From Octopus sinensis (Eukaryota): a DNA stretch of 64,000 nucleotides. A program made the position numbers and the translations under genes. This document shows positions 51,101 to 64,000 of the stretch, one piece after another. The DNA lies in assembly GCF_006345805.1 (NCBI RefSeq), contig NC_043012.1, positions 22,878,001 through 22,942,000 on the forward strand, in the 5' to 3' direction. The notes under the pieces are model-generated. The model was not told where the DNA came from, did not search any database, and saw nothing but the letters and a program-made list of their open reading frames with translations. Every line of letters starts with the position of its first letter. The stretch's first letter is position 1.

Positions 51101-52258
51101 GGCAGATTAACATTATGGCTTCAGAACTAATAAATGTTTTTATAACCAATCTTGGAAAGACTTCTGAACCTTTCTCACTTTCTGAGATGGTTGTCCACAA
51201 GTGAAGATGAAGCCATGGGTGTCAAAAGCAACAGTATTCACTTTCATCTTTTAAACACCTTTTAGAGAAGAAACCACACAAATTAATATTCAAACCAAGT
51301 TAGATAAATATTTTGCAAACTAAATTCGGCATTGTTTTGGTGCCATTTTTTTCTCTTCCTCCTACTATTACTACTACTACTAAAGGTGGCAAGTTGGCAT
51401 TGTTTTATATAAGTACAAGGTTTTAGAGAAAACAAACTATTATTATTTGAACTTCTGTCTTTCTTAAATGTATAAACTTGCTTCTCTCTACAATTGCTAA
51501 AAATATTTTTACTAAGAGACCTTCTGAATGCTTATGCAGTGAATGGCTCAAATGCAAAATGAAAATAGAAAGAGAAATACAGAAATGTAAGGAATTTTCT
51601 GTTGCTATTAACAAAAAACAAAACAAAAACAATCTAACTTCAAAACTCATAATGACAATTAATAAATGTATTATAATTAATGAAAAAAAACAAAAAAAAA
51701 GAAAATCAATATCAGGTTGTATCTATTTCAAGCAAAAATAAAATAATAATCATAGCATAAACTCTGAACTAATGTCTACAGAAATACAGTTTTTCTGGGG
51801 ATATCACAGAATCCTTTTTGCATCTTCCGTTTTTTCCTTACCAATATACGTTCGCTTTTTTTTCTTGTGTTTTTTAAAAAATTTTTTTTTTATGTGTGAG
51901 TTAATTCTTTTTAGATTCAATAAGGATAGGAGATAGGAAGCACCAACAAAATGAGCAAAATATCAAAGGGAAACAGATCAAAGATATGACAACATCTAAG
52001 TTAGCACCCTTGAGTTTTGTGATTTTGTGCTGGATTTAACCAAAAGACGACTTGCATCCATCTTTTCCTCAAGATTTATCTATTTATCTCAGGTATCTTT
52101 TTTTTTTCTTCTTTTACTTCATAGTATCTCTCTTCATATTCTTCATTTGCTTCCTTGCACATTCTTTTTTTTTTATAAAATCCTTTCTACCTAATAGGTA
52201 TGTATGTTTGTCCATGTATATATATACATATACAAATACATATATATACATATATGCA

Positions 52259-52344
<86 letters not shown>

Positions 52345-52346
52345 TG

Positions 52347-52379
<33 letters not shown>

Positions 52380-52382
52380 GTG

Positions 52383-52446
<64 letters not shown>

Positions 52447-52455
52447 TGTGTATAT

Positions 52456-52487
<32 letters not shown>

Positions 52488-53872
52488 TTTTATATATATA
52501 TATATATATGTAATGTGGTGTGTGTACGTGTGTACATATACACACACATATAAATTGTATATTTTAAGCGAATGCCTGTTTCTCTGATTGTATATTCACA
52601 CTCACGCACACTTGGAAGTGAACATACAAACTGATACAAACATTAATTCACTACACTATATTCTGACTCTCTCATGCACACACACACACACATATAAATC
52701 TATTAAGCATATATGTGGATGCATATGAATGTGTGTGCGTATAATGTACATATATATGTGAGTGTATATGTGTGTGTGTGTGTGTGTATGAATGTGTGTG
52801 TGTATAAATAGATACATGTATGCATACGCTTCTGTGATTATACAAATCTTTTCATATATTTCCATCTCTGGATGTATATCAATATGAAGAGATATTAACT
52901 TGACTACTTTAATAGAGATTCTGTGTTTTTCTCATTTTCTCATCACTATGTTATTTATGTACAAGTCTGACACTTTAAAATTTAAGTTAAAAAACTGAAA
53001 CAGTGGAAGAAAAACAGTAAATTGCACGGCGATATTACATTGGGAGAGAATGAAACCAAACGGTAAAGGGGAAGATTAATCAAGAGACGAAATTGGATTG
53101 CCTGTCCGCAACTAAGTTCAGCTTGAGCAAGAAGAGTGCTTCAAGCAGAAATAAAAAGTCTTTGTGAAGAGAAATTCAGAAAGGTTCATTCAGTGCTGAT
53201 TCCTAGGTATAAAAAGGATGTAAATAAAATGGTAATGCGTGAGTGCAAGGAGAGAGGGAGAAAGGGAGATACATGCATAGAAAAATGGAGGGAAGGAGAG
53301 GAAAGAGAGAGGTGGAAGCAGATGGACAGGAAAAAGGGAAGGGGAGGTCAAAGTAAATATTCACAGAGAGAGAGGGGGAGGACAGAAAATGATAGAGAGA
53401 AGGAGAGGATTAGATATACATAGACATGAATATGTATATTCGGCATACATGCACTGGTAGTCAAATAAGCAGAGAGGGGAAGGAAGTGAGAGAGAGAGAG
53501 TGAGAGAGAGAGAGAGAGATGTTGGATTCAGAGTGAGATACAGAAAGAAAAGTTCTGAAATAGAGAAAATAGACAATGAGAGTTTAATGAATAAAAGACA
53601 AGAGAGGGGAATAGGTGGAGTGAAGGAGTGAAAATGAAAGAAAGAAGGTAGACTCAATGCTTCTTCTGTTGGTTAAGAGGTAAAAGTCAAGAGGAAGAAT
53701 AAGAAAGCTGCATCAAGAATTTTCATTACATTTCGTTTCTAATGATGCCGAAAAGAAAAATAGTTAGAAAATTGCACAGACATTATTTGTGTCATTGTCT
53801 TCTTTTAGATCCCCAGTTGTCTCTCTCTCTTTTTTCAAAGTATGTATACATATACATACGTCTTAAATTATG

Positions 53873-53942
<70 letters not shown>

Positions 53943-54033
53943 TATGTATGTATGTATATATATATATATATATATGTCTATGTATATATTATATATATAT
54001 ATATATTTATAAAAAGTGTAGGTGGCATACGAG

Positions 54034-54071
<38 letters not shown>

Positions 54072-55149
54072 ATATATGTCTATGCATATAATACATACAT
54101 ATATATATATATAGATGCATGATGCAAGTTCTATAAAAGTGTATATGCATATATATTCACACACATATAATCATATACACACAGAGGCACACACAAAAAC
54201 ACATATTCACATGCATATATATACTTATCTACACACACACATACACACACATATTACATGCATATATATATATATATAATCCGTTTACACATACATACAC
54301 ACATATATTGTAGGTATTTTTCTATCAATCAGATTCATTTAAAGTCAATATTTTTTTCCGTCTCTTTCATTCTCTTCACTCTTGCAAAATAATCAACTCT
54401 GTAATGAATCAAGGAGCATTAGTTTGTGTAGATGTGATTTGAACTGTTTCACATAATCTATTTTAGGAAATTTTATTTTCATTTTTAAATTCTATATGTC
54501 TCATCTTCTCATTTTCTTAATTTCAAATAAGAAACCAAATAAAATGCATACGTGTACAATACGAACAGCCCAAAGCCAAGAACAGTGAAGGGAAGTTGTC
54601 AATGGCCTATTCTCAATAGGGAGAGAAGAAGACTTAAACGGTTAGCATTCAAATTCTTCTGTCAAATGTAAGGATTACTTATTCACATTGGTTTGAATTG
54701 ATCGTGGATTGTTTGTGGCTTTGAGATTTCAATGATGTGATTGTTTATTTTTAGAATGACATTGTAGGGTAGGTGTGAGAGACTGGATATGTCCAGTTTG
54801 AACATAAAACAAGTAGGATATTTTGGTTGGATATGGGTGGTTTAAATGCAAAAGGGTTAAGTGAGTAACTATTACAAAAACAACATTAAATAAATTGACA
54901 AAATATAAAAGACTGCACAAAAAAAACAAAAAAAAAACAAAGGATGCATCACTGTGGATTTAACAATGATGGCTAAAACAAGGGGGTAATGTTTAAAGTG
55001 TTGCTCCAGCATGGCCATGGTTGTGGGGGCTAAAACTATCTGAAACTAATGTAATAATTTAGCTTTACACACACACAAAATGGTCCACGCAAACTATAAT
55101 TATAGCACATTTGCATTGATATATTATTTGAGAGCGAATGTCCACATTT

Positions 55150-55610
55150 GTTGGTATCCTTTTGTCTCAGGAGACAACGGAGTTGCGCATAAAATAATCC
55201 AGTCTGGTTTTTACATTTCATGTCCTTTACATTTCCTGCTGTGGCTGTGTAGTCCTATCCTGGACAAACACTCCCTCTCGCAGGTGACACAGATGTCACT
55301 GAGGTGCGCTCTCCAGTTCTGCGCAGACCTGGACTAAATGTACGAAAATCCTGGGTAGTCCAATTGTCAGGATTTCTCTCTCAACCTTGCTGACATAGTC
55401 CAAAGGAGTGCAGAGCATTATATTTGGCACCAGCTTGGTTGCAGGAGCTGCTGGAAGAGTGTCGAGTTGAAAACTAAACCGCATACTCTAGATTTCTTTT
55501 AAGGCTGTCTCCTTTCCGTAACCCTGGATAGGGGCCCATACCAGGTACTGTCAGCCGGAGCCAGCTGAGCCCGGGACTTGTGTCAGGCAGGGTCGTCACT
55601 CCCTGAAGTA
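55150..55610 (-). mobile_element. Bipartite non-autonomous BovB-like RTE: 5' UTR segment fused to the ORF C-terminus and 3' tail
   Basis: Minus strand: a GC-rich 5' part (GCAGCTCCTGCAACCAAGCTGGTGCCAAAT...CACTCCTTTGGAC, recalled as RTE/BovB 5' UTR), then the frame RAHLSDICVTCERECLSRIGLHSHSRKCK..* (BovB-type CxxC..SRIGLxSH zinc finger), then the tail GTCTCCTGAGACAAAAGGATACCAAC. Confidence 0.7.
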
Positions 55611-55911
55611 GTGAAGAAAATCATTACCCACTACCTAATGCCTACATTACATGTTGAGTATATTGTGACTGTTTATGACAGAAAGATACACAAGCAGAAC
55701 AGCAACCTCAACATAAAGAAATTTTAATGAATGTAATAACAGATGTAGGATCATTGAAAGACTAATTAAATATAATTATGTAATGAGGGAAAAATTAAAT
55801 AAGTCAGTGGCTAATGTTATTTTCATGTTTCCAGCAAGTAGGAAAGAAAACTCAGATGTTTCTGGCTTATGACTTCATCAGTTAATCATACAGCTGCCAA
55901 AATAGTAAATA

Positions 55912-56265
55912 CTAGCACTATGACCTGGCAACGCCGGGTCATAGTGTTAGTGCATGCGTATACAGCCACGTGCGTGCACACATACACGCGAGTAGTCCAA
56001 ATCTCTGACAAATCACATACAGCTAGCTGGCATTTCAATTGGCGTATCAAGTTTCGGGCATTTTGATTGGGTTTTGGATAGAAAATTCACAAAAAAAGTC
56101 ACTTCTATTGATTTTTTAATGGCTTTGTGGGATGACTGGGGAAATGCACGACCACCCTTGGACAGTTTTGAATGACCATAGAAAGTGCGAGCCCTCTAAC
56201 TGAAAAATTGTGGATTTGTATAAAGGACACACACACAGACATTTTGCCATTTATATATATAGAGA
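55912..56265 (-). mobile_element. Complete 354-bp non-autonomous Helitron
   Basis: Minus strand A|TCTCTATATATATAAATGG... 5' end; 3' end CACTATGACCCGG-CGTTG-CCAGGTCATAGTG-CTAG|T; inserted between A and T with no TSD. Confidence 0.9.
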
Positions 56266-56469
56266 TTGTGTTGACTTGGTCAGTGATTGAAGAATGGGGT
56301 GAATAACATGTGAATTAAAGATGTATTGCAAAAAAAAAAAAAATCAAACAATCATATATTTGAAACAGCAACATGTAATACTGGTTGAACCACTGCTTTC
56401 ACAATGAAAGCACACAGTAGTCAAGATGGGCCACAGTGCTTGATGCGATGTATGGTAGACCAATAATCA

Positions 56470-56800
56470 TATGCTGAGGTTCAATCTCACTGTGTGACAA
56501 CTTGGGGGAAGGTCTTCTACTATAGCCTCAGGCTGACTAAAACCTCAAGAGCAGATTTCATACCTGGAAACTGAAGGAAGCCTATTATGTGTGTGGGTGT
56601 TAGTGTTTGACATAGATCATTGCTTGACAGTCAGTGTTAGTTTGTTTATGTCCCTGTAATTTAACAGTTTAGCAAAAGAGGTTGATAGGATAAGTACCAG
56701 ACTTCAAAAAGACGTATTGCAGTTGATTTATTTGACTAAACTCATCAAAGCATTGCTCTAGTATGGCCACAGTATAATGACTGAAACAAGTCAAAGATAA
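56470..56800 (+). mobile_element. SINE family A, degraded (a further 5' half at 57085-57245)
   Basis: Core GTCTTCTACTATAGCCTCAGG; tail ATGACTGAAACAAGTCAAAGATAAAAGA. Confidence 0.75.
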
Positions 56801-57260
56801 AAGATATTAATATTTAAATAGAGATGCACTGTGCATGTTTATGAGTGTATGTGTATTACATATTCTTTGTTAAATAATGTAAAATGAAAAAAATTTTTTT
56901 AAAGGTAGTACTCAATATTAATTAAAGCAAATGTAGAGCTTTTGTATGTTCCTTAATTTAAGCAATCATACTTCTAACCTTATTTTGACCGAACAACTAG
57001 TCTAGTGTATTACAAAACTAATAAAACCTTTGGGTGAAATGAATGCTAAATGATAATGATGATTATGATATATATATATATATAGGCACAGGAGTGGCTG
57101 TGTGGTAAGAAGCTTGCTTCCCAGCCACATGGTTCTGGGTTCAGTCCCACTGCGTGGCACCTTGGTCAAGTGTCTGCTACTATAGGGCTAACCAAAGCTT
57201 GTGAGTGGATTTGGTAGACAGAAACTGAAAGAAGCCTGTCATCATATTTGTATGTATATA

Positions 57261-57590
57261 TACAAGAGCTAAAGAATGGAATGAATAAGATCTAGGCTAC
57301 AGATCTTATTCACTCTGTAAATATCCAAGGATATTTTGATTAATTAAAAGCTTACATTGTTGCAAGGAGGTACACGTTAACACATGGAAGATTCAATCTG
57401 ATTGAATTTTCCATACGTTAACATGTACCTCCTTGTGATAATATAAACTTTTAATTAATCAAGGATATCCTTGGCCTGAAGAGTAGCCTGCAGTACACAC
57501 CTCACTTGGATGTTTACTACTTCTGAAGTTCCGCACGCTATAAAATATATGTAGCTCAGATCTTATTCACTCTATTCCTTAACTCTTGTA
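57261..57590. mobile_element. 330-bp MITE-like element with ~33-bp TIRs and an internal 150-nt near-perfect hairpin
   Basis: TACAAGAGCTAAAGAATGGAATGAATAAGATCT pairs with AGATCTTATTCACTCTATTCCTTAACTCTTGTA (TA at both ends). Inner palindrome 57325-57474 is centred on T57399. Confidence 0.8.
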
Positions 57591-57816
57591 TTCTTATTCG
57601 CACACCCGGCAACTCTGGTCACCTACCGACTTTTTACAGTTTATCGTACTTTGATACCAAATGAAATCATACAACCTTCCATCTCAACAAACCACTATTG
57701 TCCCTGAAAGTTGTTTTTTATATTTACTACGGATCGCTTGAAGCTAACTTTCTTCCTACACCTTGATCCCTGGATCTTACATTTATATATATGCATATAT
57801 ATATATGCATATATAC

Positions 57817-57879
<63 letters not shown>

Positions 57880-57991
57880 TTTATATACATATATATATAT
57901 ATACATATATCAACATCATCATCATCATCGTTTAGCGTTCGTTGATGATGATGATGATGATGATATATGTATATATATATATATGTATATA

Positions 57992-58041
<50 letters not shown>

Positions 58042-58683
58042 ACACACACACATATACATCTTATATATATACACACATCGTTTTATATATATATCATGAA
58101 GTGAACTTAATAGGAAAAAACAACAATGCAAATGAAACGTTTGGGACACAGTTCTTCAAAATAAGATTTTTTAAAGATATGTTAGAGAATGAGTTAATTT
58201 ATTCTCAATAATAAATACAGATTAGTGATTTCAGCAACATGGTTTTTGTTGTTTTTCTTTTCTTTTTCTTTTTTCCCCTCTTTTACATGGAAAGACCCCC
58301 TTCTGAATGATTTCATTCTGAAGAAAGCAACAGAAATATCCAATCTAGTTTAATATCTATTGATTTCTGAATAGTATTATTATATACAAACATCTTAACT
58401 CAGTTTCTTTATATTTATTATTATCATTATTATTATTATTATAATATTTTTTTTCTTTTTCTTTTGGTAGATTCTTGTAAAATTTGGTTTACTTCCATTT
58501 TCTTGAGAATGATATTTTTTCCAAGTGTTGTTCTTGCTTCCTTGCATGTTTGTGTGTACATGCATAACTGTACCTACACACACATATGTATGTATAAATA
58601 TATATATATATATATGATATACATATGATATATCTGTATATACATATAATATACATACATATATATAGTTGATCTCTCTCTCT

Positions 58684-58738
<55 letters not shown>

Positions 58739-58969
58739 ATATACACATGATATATATATATATATATATACATGATATATATAATAAATAAACACCAACA
58801 TACATACCATACAAACAGATGGCCGTGCATAGACAAATACACAGATATGTACATAGTGTTTTCTCTTTCTGTTTAAAATCATTTGGGGATTATCATTGGC
58901 TAGTAAACTTACAGTGCTGATGTGATAAAGCCAGGAATGTTAGATAACACTCTCTACTGACACCTTACT

Positions 58970-59017
<48 letters not shown>

Positions 59018-59403
59018 CATTGAAGGCTCAACCGCCATCTCCATCTCCATCTCCAAGAAAATGTGGTATCGGAAATATATCTTGGATTAACTTGATCTGA
59101 CAAAGGAAGCAAACTAGCAAAGGCCTGTAGCTGGAGCAGAAGTGCAACAGAAGAAAAGAACCTAACAATCGAGCTATGCAATGTGCAATAAGAACTTACA
59201 GAAAAAGCTTTCAATTATCATACAATCTTTTTTTTTTCTGTTCATGTTCAAATATAAACACATATATGTATACGCATCATTTTTGTGACTCTCTTCCTCC
59301 CTCCTCTCTCTCTTTTTCTGTATACATACATATATACATACACATATATATATATAATATATATATATAGAGAGAGAGAGACATATATACATACATATAT
59401 GTT

Positions 59404-59451
<48 letters not shown>

Positions 59452-59760
59452 TACATATATACACATACACACAGACGCATGTGTATATACATATGTGATA
59501 TTTGTACAGTACAAATACATATGGACACACACATGTATGTATATCTGTATATATATAGTTATATATATATGTATATACACATGTATATTTATGCCTATAT
59601 ATGTCTATATATATAAATATATATGCACATGCATATATATTACATATATACATACATGTATGTTTATCTGCGTACATATACAGTTATAATATATGCATAT
59701 ACACATGTATTTTATGTCTATATATTTATATATCTATATATATATATATATATGTATATG

Positions 59761-59825
<65 letters not shown>

Positions 59826-60206
59826 GTATATATATATGTGTATATATATATAATATATATATTTATATATATTATATATATATAATATATGTATGTATAT
59901 TGTAATCATACACACATGCATACATAAAGTATACACGCATTTATACATACCAACAGAAATACATTTATATCAACACAAAGAACTGTAAATTGTGGAATTC
60001 TTTGACTTAGTACAAATTTGTTATGATTCTTTTAAGTTATTTCCAAGAGGTCAATTACATGGTGAAGAATAATTTCGTTTTCTTTGTTTCTAAACCTTTA
60101 GACCGAAGATAATGTAACATTTCACAATATTAGTTTATTCTTCTCAATTTTAAAAGGGAAATACCATATATAGGAAAGGACAAAACTAGCATGGTTTGAA
60201 TAAATA

Positions 60207-61075
60207 CATGGTCTGATCAATAAGTATCTGGACTGTTGCCATGTTAATGAAGCTGAAACACGCAGAGTGAAGCTGTTTGGCACAAATTGACCTTGAACCC
60301 TGTTGTGCATGAATACTAAGTTTTAATGTTCTAGCTCACTTCCGCTGTTTACAGCAGTGCTTGGAAGGAACATGTGTAGCGAGTGATTATCACATTGACC
60401 ATGACAGCGAAAGTGGAGCAGAGATTTTGCATCAAATTTTGCCAAAAACTTGGCAATATCTGCTCAGAGGCCTTATGCAGAGTTTTCATTGTTCTTGAAA
60501 CAAGGAGATCTTGTGCAACTGAAACCTGAGTGTCTTTTTGGTCAGCTGAAAGCAGTTGGAAGACACATGTCTCATACCCAAATCTTCAGTGTTAATGGAC
60601 TGAACTGGACCATAACTAATCTGCACATCCTCTGGTAACTCACGGACGGGGATCCAACGATTTCCCCTCATAGCTGCATGCACATCTGCAATGTTTTTCT
60701 TAGTTCTGCCAGTTGCAGGTCTCTCAGAATGTTCGCCAGTATTGACATTTTTTGGGCAATCTTGGAAATGTCTGAACCACTCATACACTTGAGTGCAGCT
60801 CATAAAACTCCTCCCCATACATTTTCTGCAACTTTGCGTAGGCCTCTGAGCAGGTATTGCCATGACAACTTTCTCTGTCATGGTCAATGCGACAACTGTA
60901 CACTACACATGTTCCTTCCAAGCACTGCTGTAAACAGCGAAAGAGAGCAAGAATGTTAAAACTTAGAACGCATGCGTAGCAAAGTCCAAGGTCATTCTGA
61001 GCCAAGCAGTTTCACTCTGCATGCTTTAGCGTCATTACTATGACACCAGTCTGGATACTTATTGATAAGACCTCA
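60207..61075. mobile_element. 869-bp mariner derivative whose two ends are both the element's 5' end (long ~250-290-bp inverted repeats)
   Basis: TA|CATGGTCTGATCAATAAGTATCTGGAC... and ...GTCTGGATACTTATTGATAAGACCTCA|TA. The minus ORF 60486-60887 has mariner HTH motifs (TQVYEWFRHFQD, SERP.T.RT..NI, EDLGMRHVS). The plus arm encodes MTAKVEQRFCIKFCQKLG. Confidence 0.9.
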
Positions 61076-61384
61076 TATATACTGAGGCATTGTCCTGCGG
61101 CTGATGTCCTTGCTGTTGATAACTCCTACTAGTTTTTCAAACAAAATATATACGTCACGTAACTTTCCACTTCCATATGCATTGTAGCCACGTGGTTTTG
61201 GGTTCAGTCCCACTGCACAGCACCTTTGGGCAAGTGTCTTTTACTATAGCCCCAGGCCAACCAATGCAGTGTGAATGAATCTGGTAAAAAGAAATGGTAT
61301 GAAAACCCATCACATAATTCCTCTGGTTCATTCAATCATTAATATTATGCTTTATACTTTGGCAAATACTGAATTCTAAATCAT

Positions 61385-61835
61385 CTTTTATTTGTTTCAG
61401 TCACTGGACTGTGGTCATGCTGGAGTACTCTCTTGGAGGGTTTTAGTTAAACTAATTGACACCAATACATTTTTTTTTGTTAAACATAGTACTTATCGTA
61501 TTGATCTCTTATGCTTGAGTTCTAACAAATGGTCATTAGTATTGCTATCCTTAAGTGAAATTATAAAGGGTATATGTATGTGTGTGTGTGTGTGTGTCCG
61601 TGTTTGGGTTTGTGTCTTTGTGTCTGTGTTTGTCACCTTCCCTACTGCTGGACAATCAAGTGTTGGCTTTTCTACGTTCCCCCAACTGTAGCGGTTCAGC
61701 AAACAAGACTGACATAAATATTACCAGACTTTAAAAAATATGAAAATACTGGGGTCAATTTGTTCAAGTAAAGTTGCTCAAGCCAGCACTCCAGCATGGC
61801 CAAAGTCCAATGACTGAAACAAGTGGAAGATAAAA
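61385..61835. mobile_element. Divergent inverted pair of family-A SINE 3' halves
   Basis: Minus half TTTGTTTCAGTCACTGGACTGTGGTCATGCTGGAG (61391-) and plus half CTCCAGCATGGCCAAAGTCCAATGACTGAAACAAG (-61822) around a (GT)n centre. Confidence 0.75.
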
Positions 61836-63053
61836 GACTCAGCAAAATCACAAGAACTAGAAAAGAATCTTTGTTAACAAAGAAAGCAACAACAACCTAC
61901 ATTGCCAGGTAGGAACAGGTGACATATTCAGTCAAAGAACCTGAGATTTTGGTAACAAACAGTAGGAGTAACATGAATGGCGAAGAAAGTGATATAACTT
62001 TATACTGATGAATATAGAGAAGAAGAATGCAAAAATTCAAAGAAAATTGGTAAAAGAAGAACTATACAAAACAAAAAATGAGTTTATTGCAACTAATCAT
62101 AAATGGAGCAGGAATATAGACACACAGGAGTTGTTTGGAAGAAGGAAATAAATTTTAGTTTATGATATCCACAACAGAATGGCATACAGAGTAAAGAACA
62201 AAGACAAATATATGAGTCTATAAGAAAGTAAGAATTTTAATTTCAACCAGAAATGTCAGGGAATAGCTACAAGTCACTCAATAAAATATGACAACAAAAA
62301 CAACAAAAAAAGAAATGAAAAAAGAAATCCAGCAGAATCATCTCCAAATCTTGAGATGCAGTTTTTTCTTTAAAACAAAATTTTCTTTTTAGAATTTCAT
62401 TTTTGGCGCATATTGTACAATGGTAAGGTAGGCGAGGTAGTTGAATAAAATTTTTTTGTCAAGGTCAACTAAGAGACGTCCTATTTAAATTTTTTTTGCA
62501 TTCAGTTATTCCTTTATTGGAATATAATCCTGTCCATTATTTTTGTATTTTTTTTCTTCTGTGTTTGTTTTGAATATGAAAAACAGTTCTTGCTACCATT
62601 TTTTTTATAAGGTGGTCATTTTTATATTAATTGTAATGTCAAGGACAACAAAGAAGGAGAACATGGTGAAAGATTTCCAAAGTGTTTGGAAAGGAAAAGA
62701 AAGACAAATCAGCCATCTTGAGGTAAGCATCCCAATATTGGTGTGGTGGAAGGAACACAGAAGGGGAAAACAGGTCACATGACTTACAAACCGTGTTTAC
62801 TTTCACTTCTGCCAAATGTTGACACAACTGGTGCAGAAAAAGACCTGGGGATGGGAACAAACGGTGCTGTTTGAAATGTGGAAAGCAGTTGGAAGTATAA
62901 GGAAATCTCATTCAGCTCGCATCTTATTAAAGTTGGCGCATCTTCTATGTTGCATATATTTTTCTTACCATTGTCTCACATACTCATTTAAAGACACTCA
63001 CAGACAAAAATCACATGCAAAAGCACTTTACACACACTTATGCCCCCTTCACA

Positions 63054-63138
<85 letters not shown>

Positions 63139-64000
63139 CATACACATATACACATATAAATGTATTGCTATATTCACAGTACATCCCTTCCTCAGTTCAC
63201 TGCAAGCCATGTAATTCACTATCATTGTTAATATCTGAGTGTATGTTGTCATGAATTGGCAAGTGAAATATGCTGGATTGTGTTGACAGAGCAGCGTTTG
63301 AATGGCCTTCAAAAGATATGAGCCATCTGAAATTCACTAATCCTTCGTTTTCATCACCTAGTTTGATCATCCACTCTAGTTATATCAGTGTTGACTCAGA
63401 TGGTGTAGATTTTTATGAAGAACTCAGTTTTACAGCCTAGCAGCAGGGCATACGAATACAGAACACAGCTGAAGCTGAAGGTAGGAGGACGTCTGCTGTA
63501 GTAGATTATCAATTGAAAGCTTCTTGCGAGAGCAAACATTATTACATATACTGAGTCAACAATAGGATATTCTTATAATTTATATTCACACTGGTTCACA
63601 CTTCCCCTTACTCGTTACCATTCCTTATTCCAAACATGCAAAGGTTTGCAGAGACAGTGTAATACAAATGAAGAAGCAGATACAAGCTGAGAGAATTTTT
63701 ATCCTTCTTTTATTGCTCATAATAAACTTTGACAGCCAAAAGTATATTAGTGTGGATAAGAACACTGAATGCAGCTCTTCTCTGTATAAGTAGCAGTTAT
63801 GATAAAAATCCTCCATACAGTAAAATAAAAAATAAAATTTTAGAAATATCTTTATTACACTCAATACAATTTCTTGTAGCGATATAATATCAGAGTGAAA
63901 TAAAAATGAAAAGACACAAAGATTAAATGAAAAGCAGGATGTTTACTAAATGCAACTATATGCATGCGATTTAACTCTTCCATAGCCATATTTCTAAGGC

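Noticed and set aside
54530-54673. Exon-like segment with a strong GTAAGG donor
   Set aside because: All three frames from the best acceptor contain a stop.
55330-55610. HDV-like ribozyme in the RTE 5' UTR (known in some RTEs)
   Set aside because: A P1-like pairing GCTGGTG/TGTCAGC exists, but I could not build P3/L3/P1.1 in the required order.
57475-57545. CTGAAGAGTAG hammerhead-like start in the MITE
   Set aside because: No matching GAAA strand or stem III.
61840-62240. Purine-rich stretch resembling a decayed LINE ORF (similar weak case at 49330-49680)
   Set aside because: No diagnostic motif survives; too degraded to support a call.

Overview
AT-rich eukaryotic genomic DNA, very dense in microsatellites ((TA)n, (CA)n, (TACA)n, (AAT)n, (GAT)n, (GAA)n) and degraded mobile elements. 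The repeat repertoire (CORE-like and other tRNA-derived SINEs, RTE LINEs with (GAT)n tails) suggests an octopus/coleoid cephalopod genome; this is inference from recalled repeat families, not a search. I found no intact recognisable cellular gene: most ORF-track entries are translated microsatellites, and a few are transposon remnants. Supported features: four tRNA-derived SINE families; two long and several short RTE LINE pieces; a bipartite (5'UTR + 3' end) BovB-like RTE; three remnants of restriction-like-endonuclease (RLE) retrotransposons (two HERO-like, one R4/Dong-like); three Tc1/mariner derivatives; a TTAA-flanked piggyBac-type MITE; a complete non-autonomous Helitron; a Penelope-like terminus with a degenerate hammerhead core; and several long fold-back elements. 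The two most interesting observations are (i) hammerhead-ribozyme core pieces in a non-canonical order in the 3' UTRs of both HERO-like copies, and (ii) a hairpin element present in flip and flop isomers. Possible small exons exist on both strands but cannot be validated from sequence alone. Most repeat boundaries are approximate (about +/-20 bp) unless terminal repeats or target-site duplications (TSDs) are quoted.
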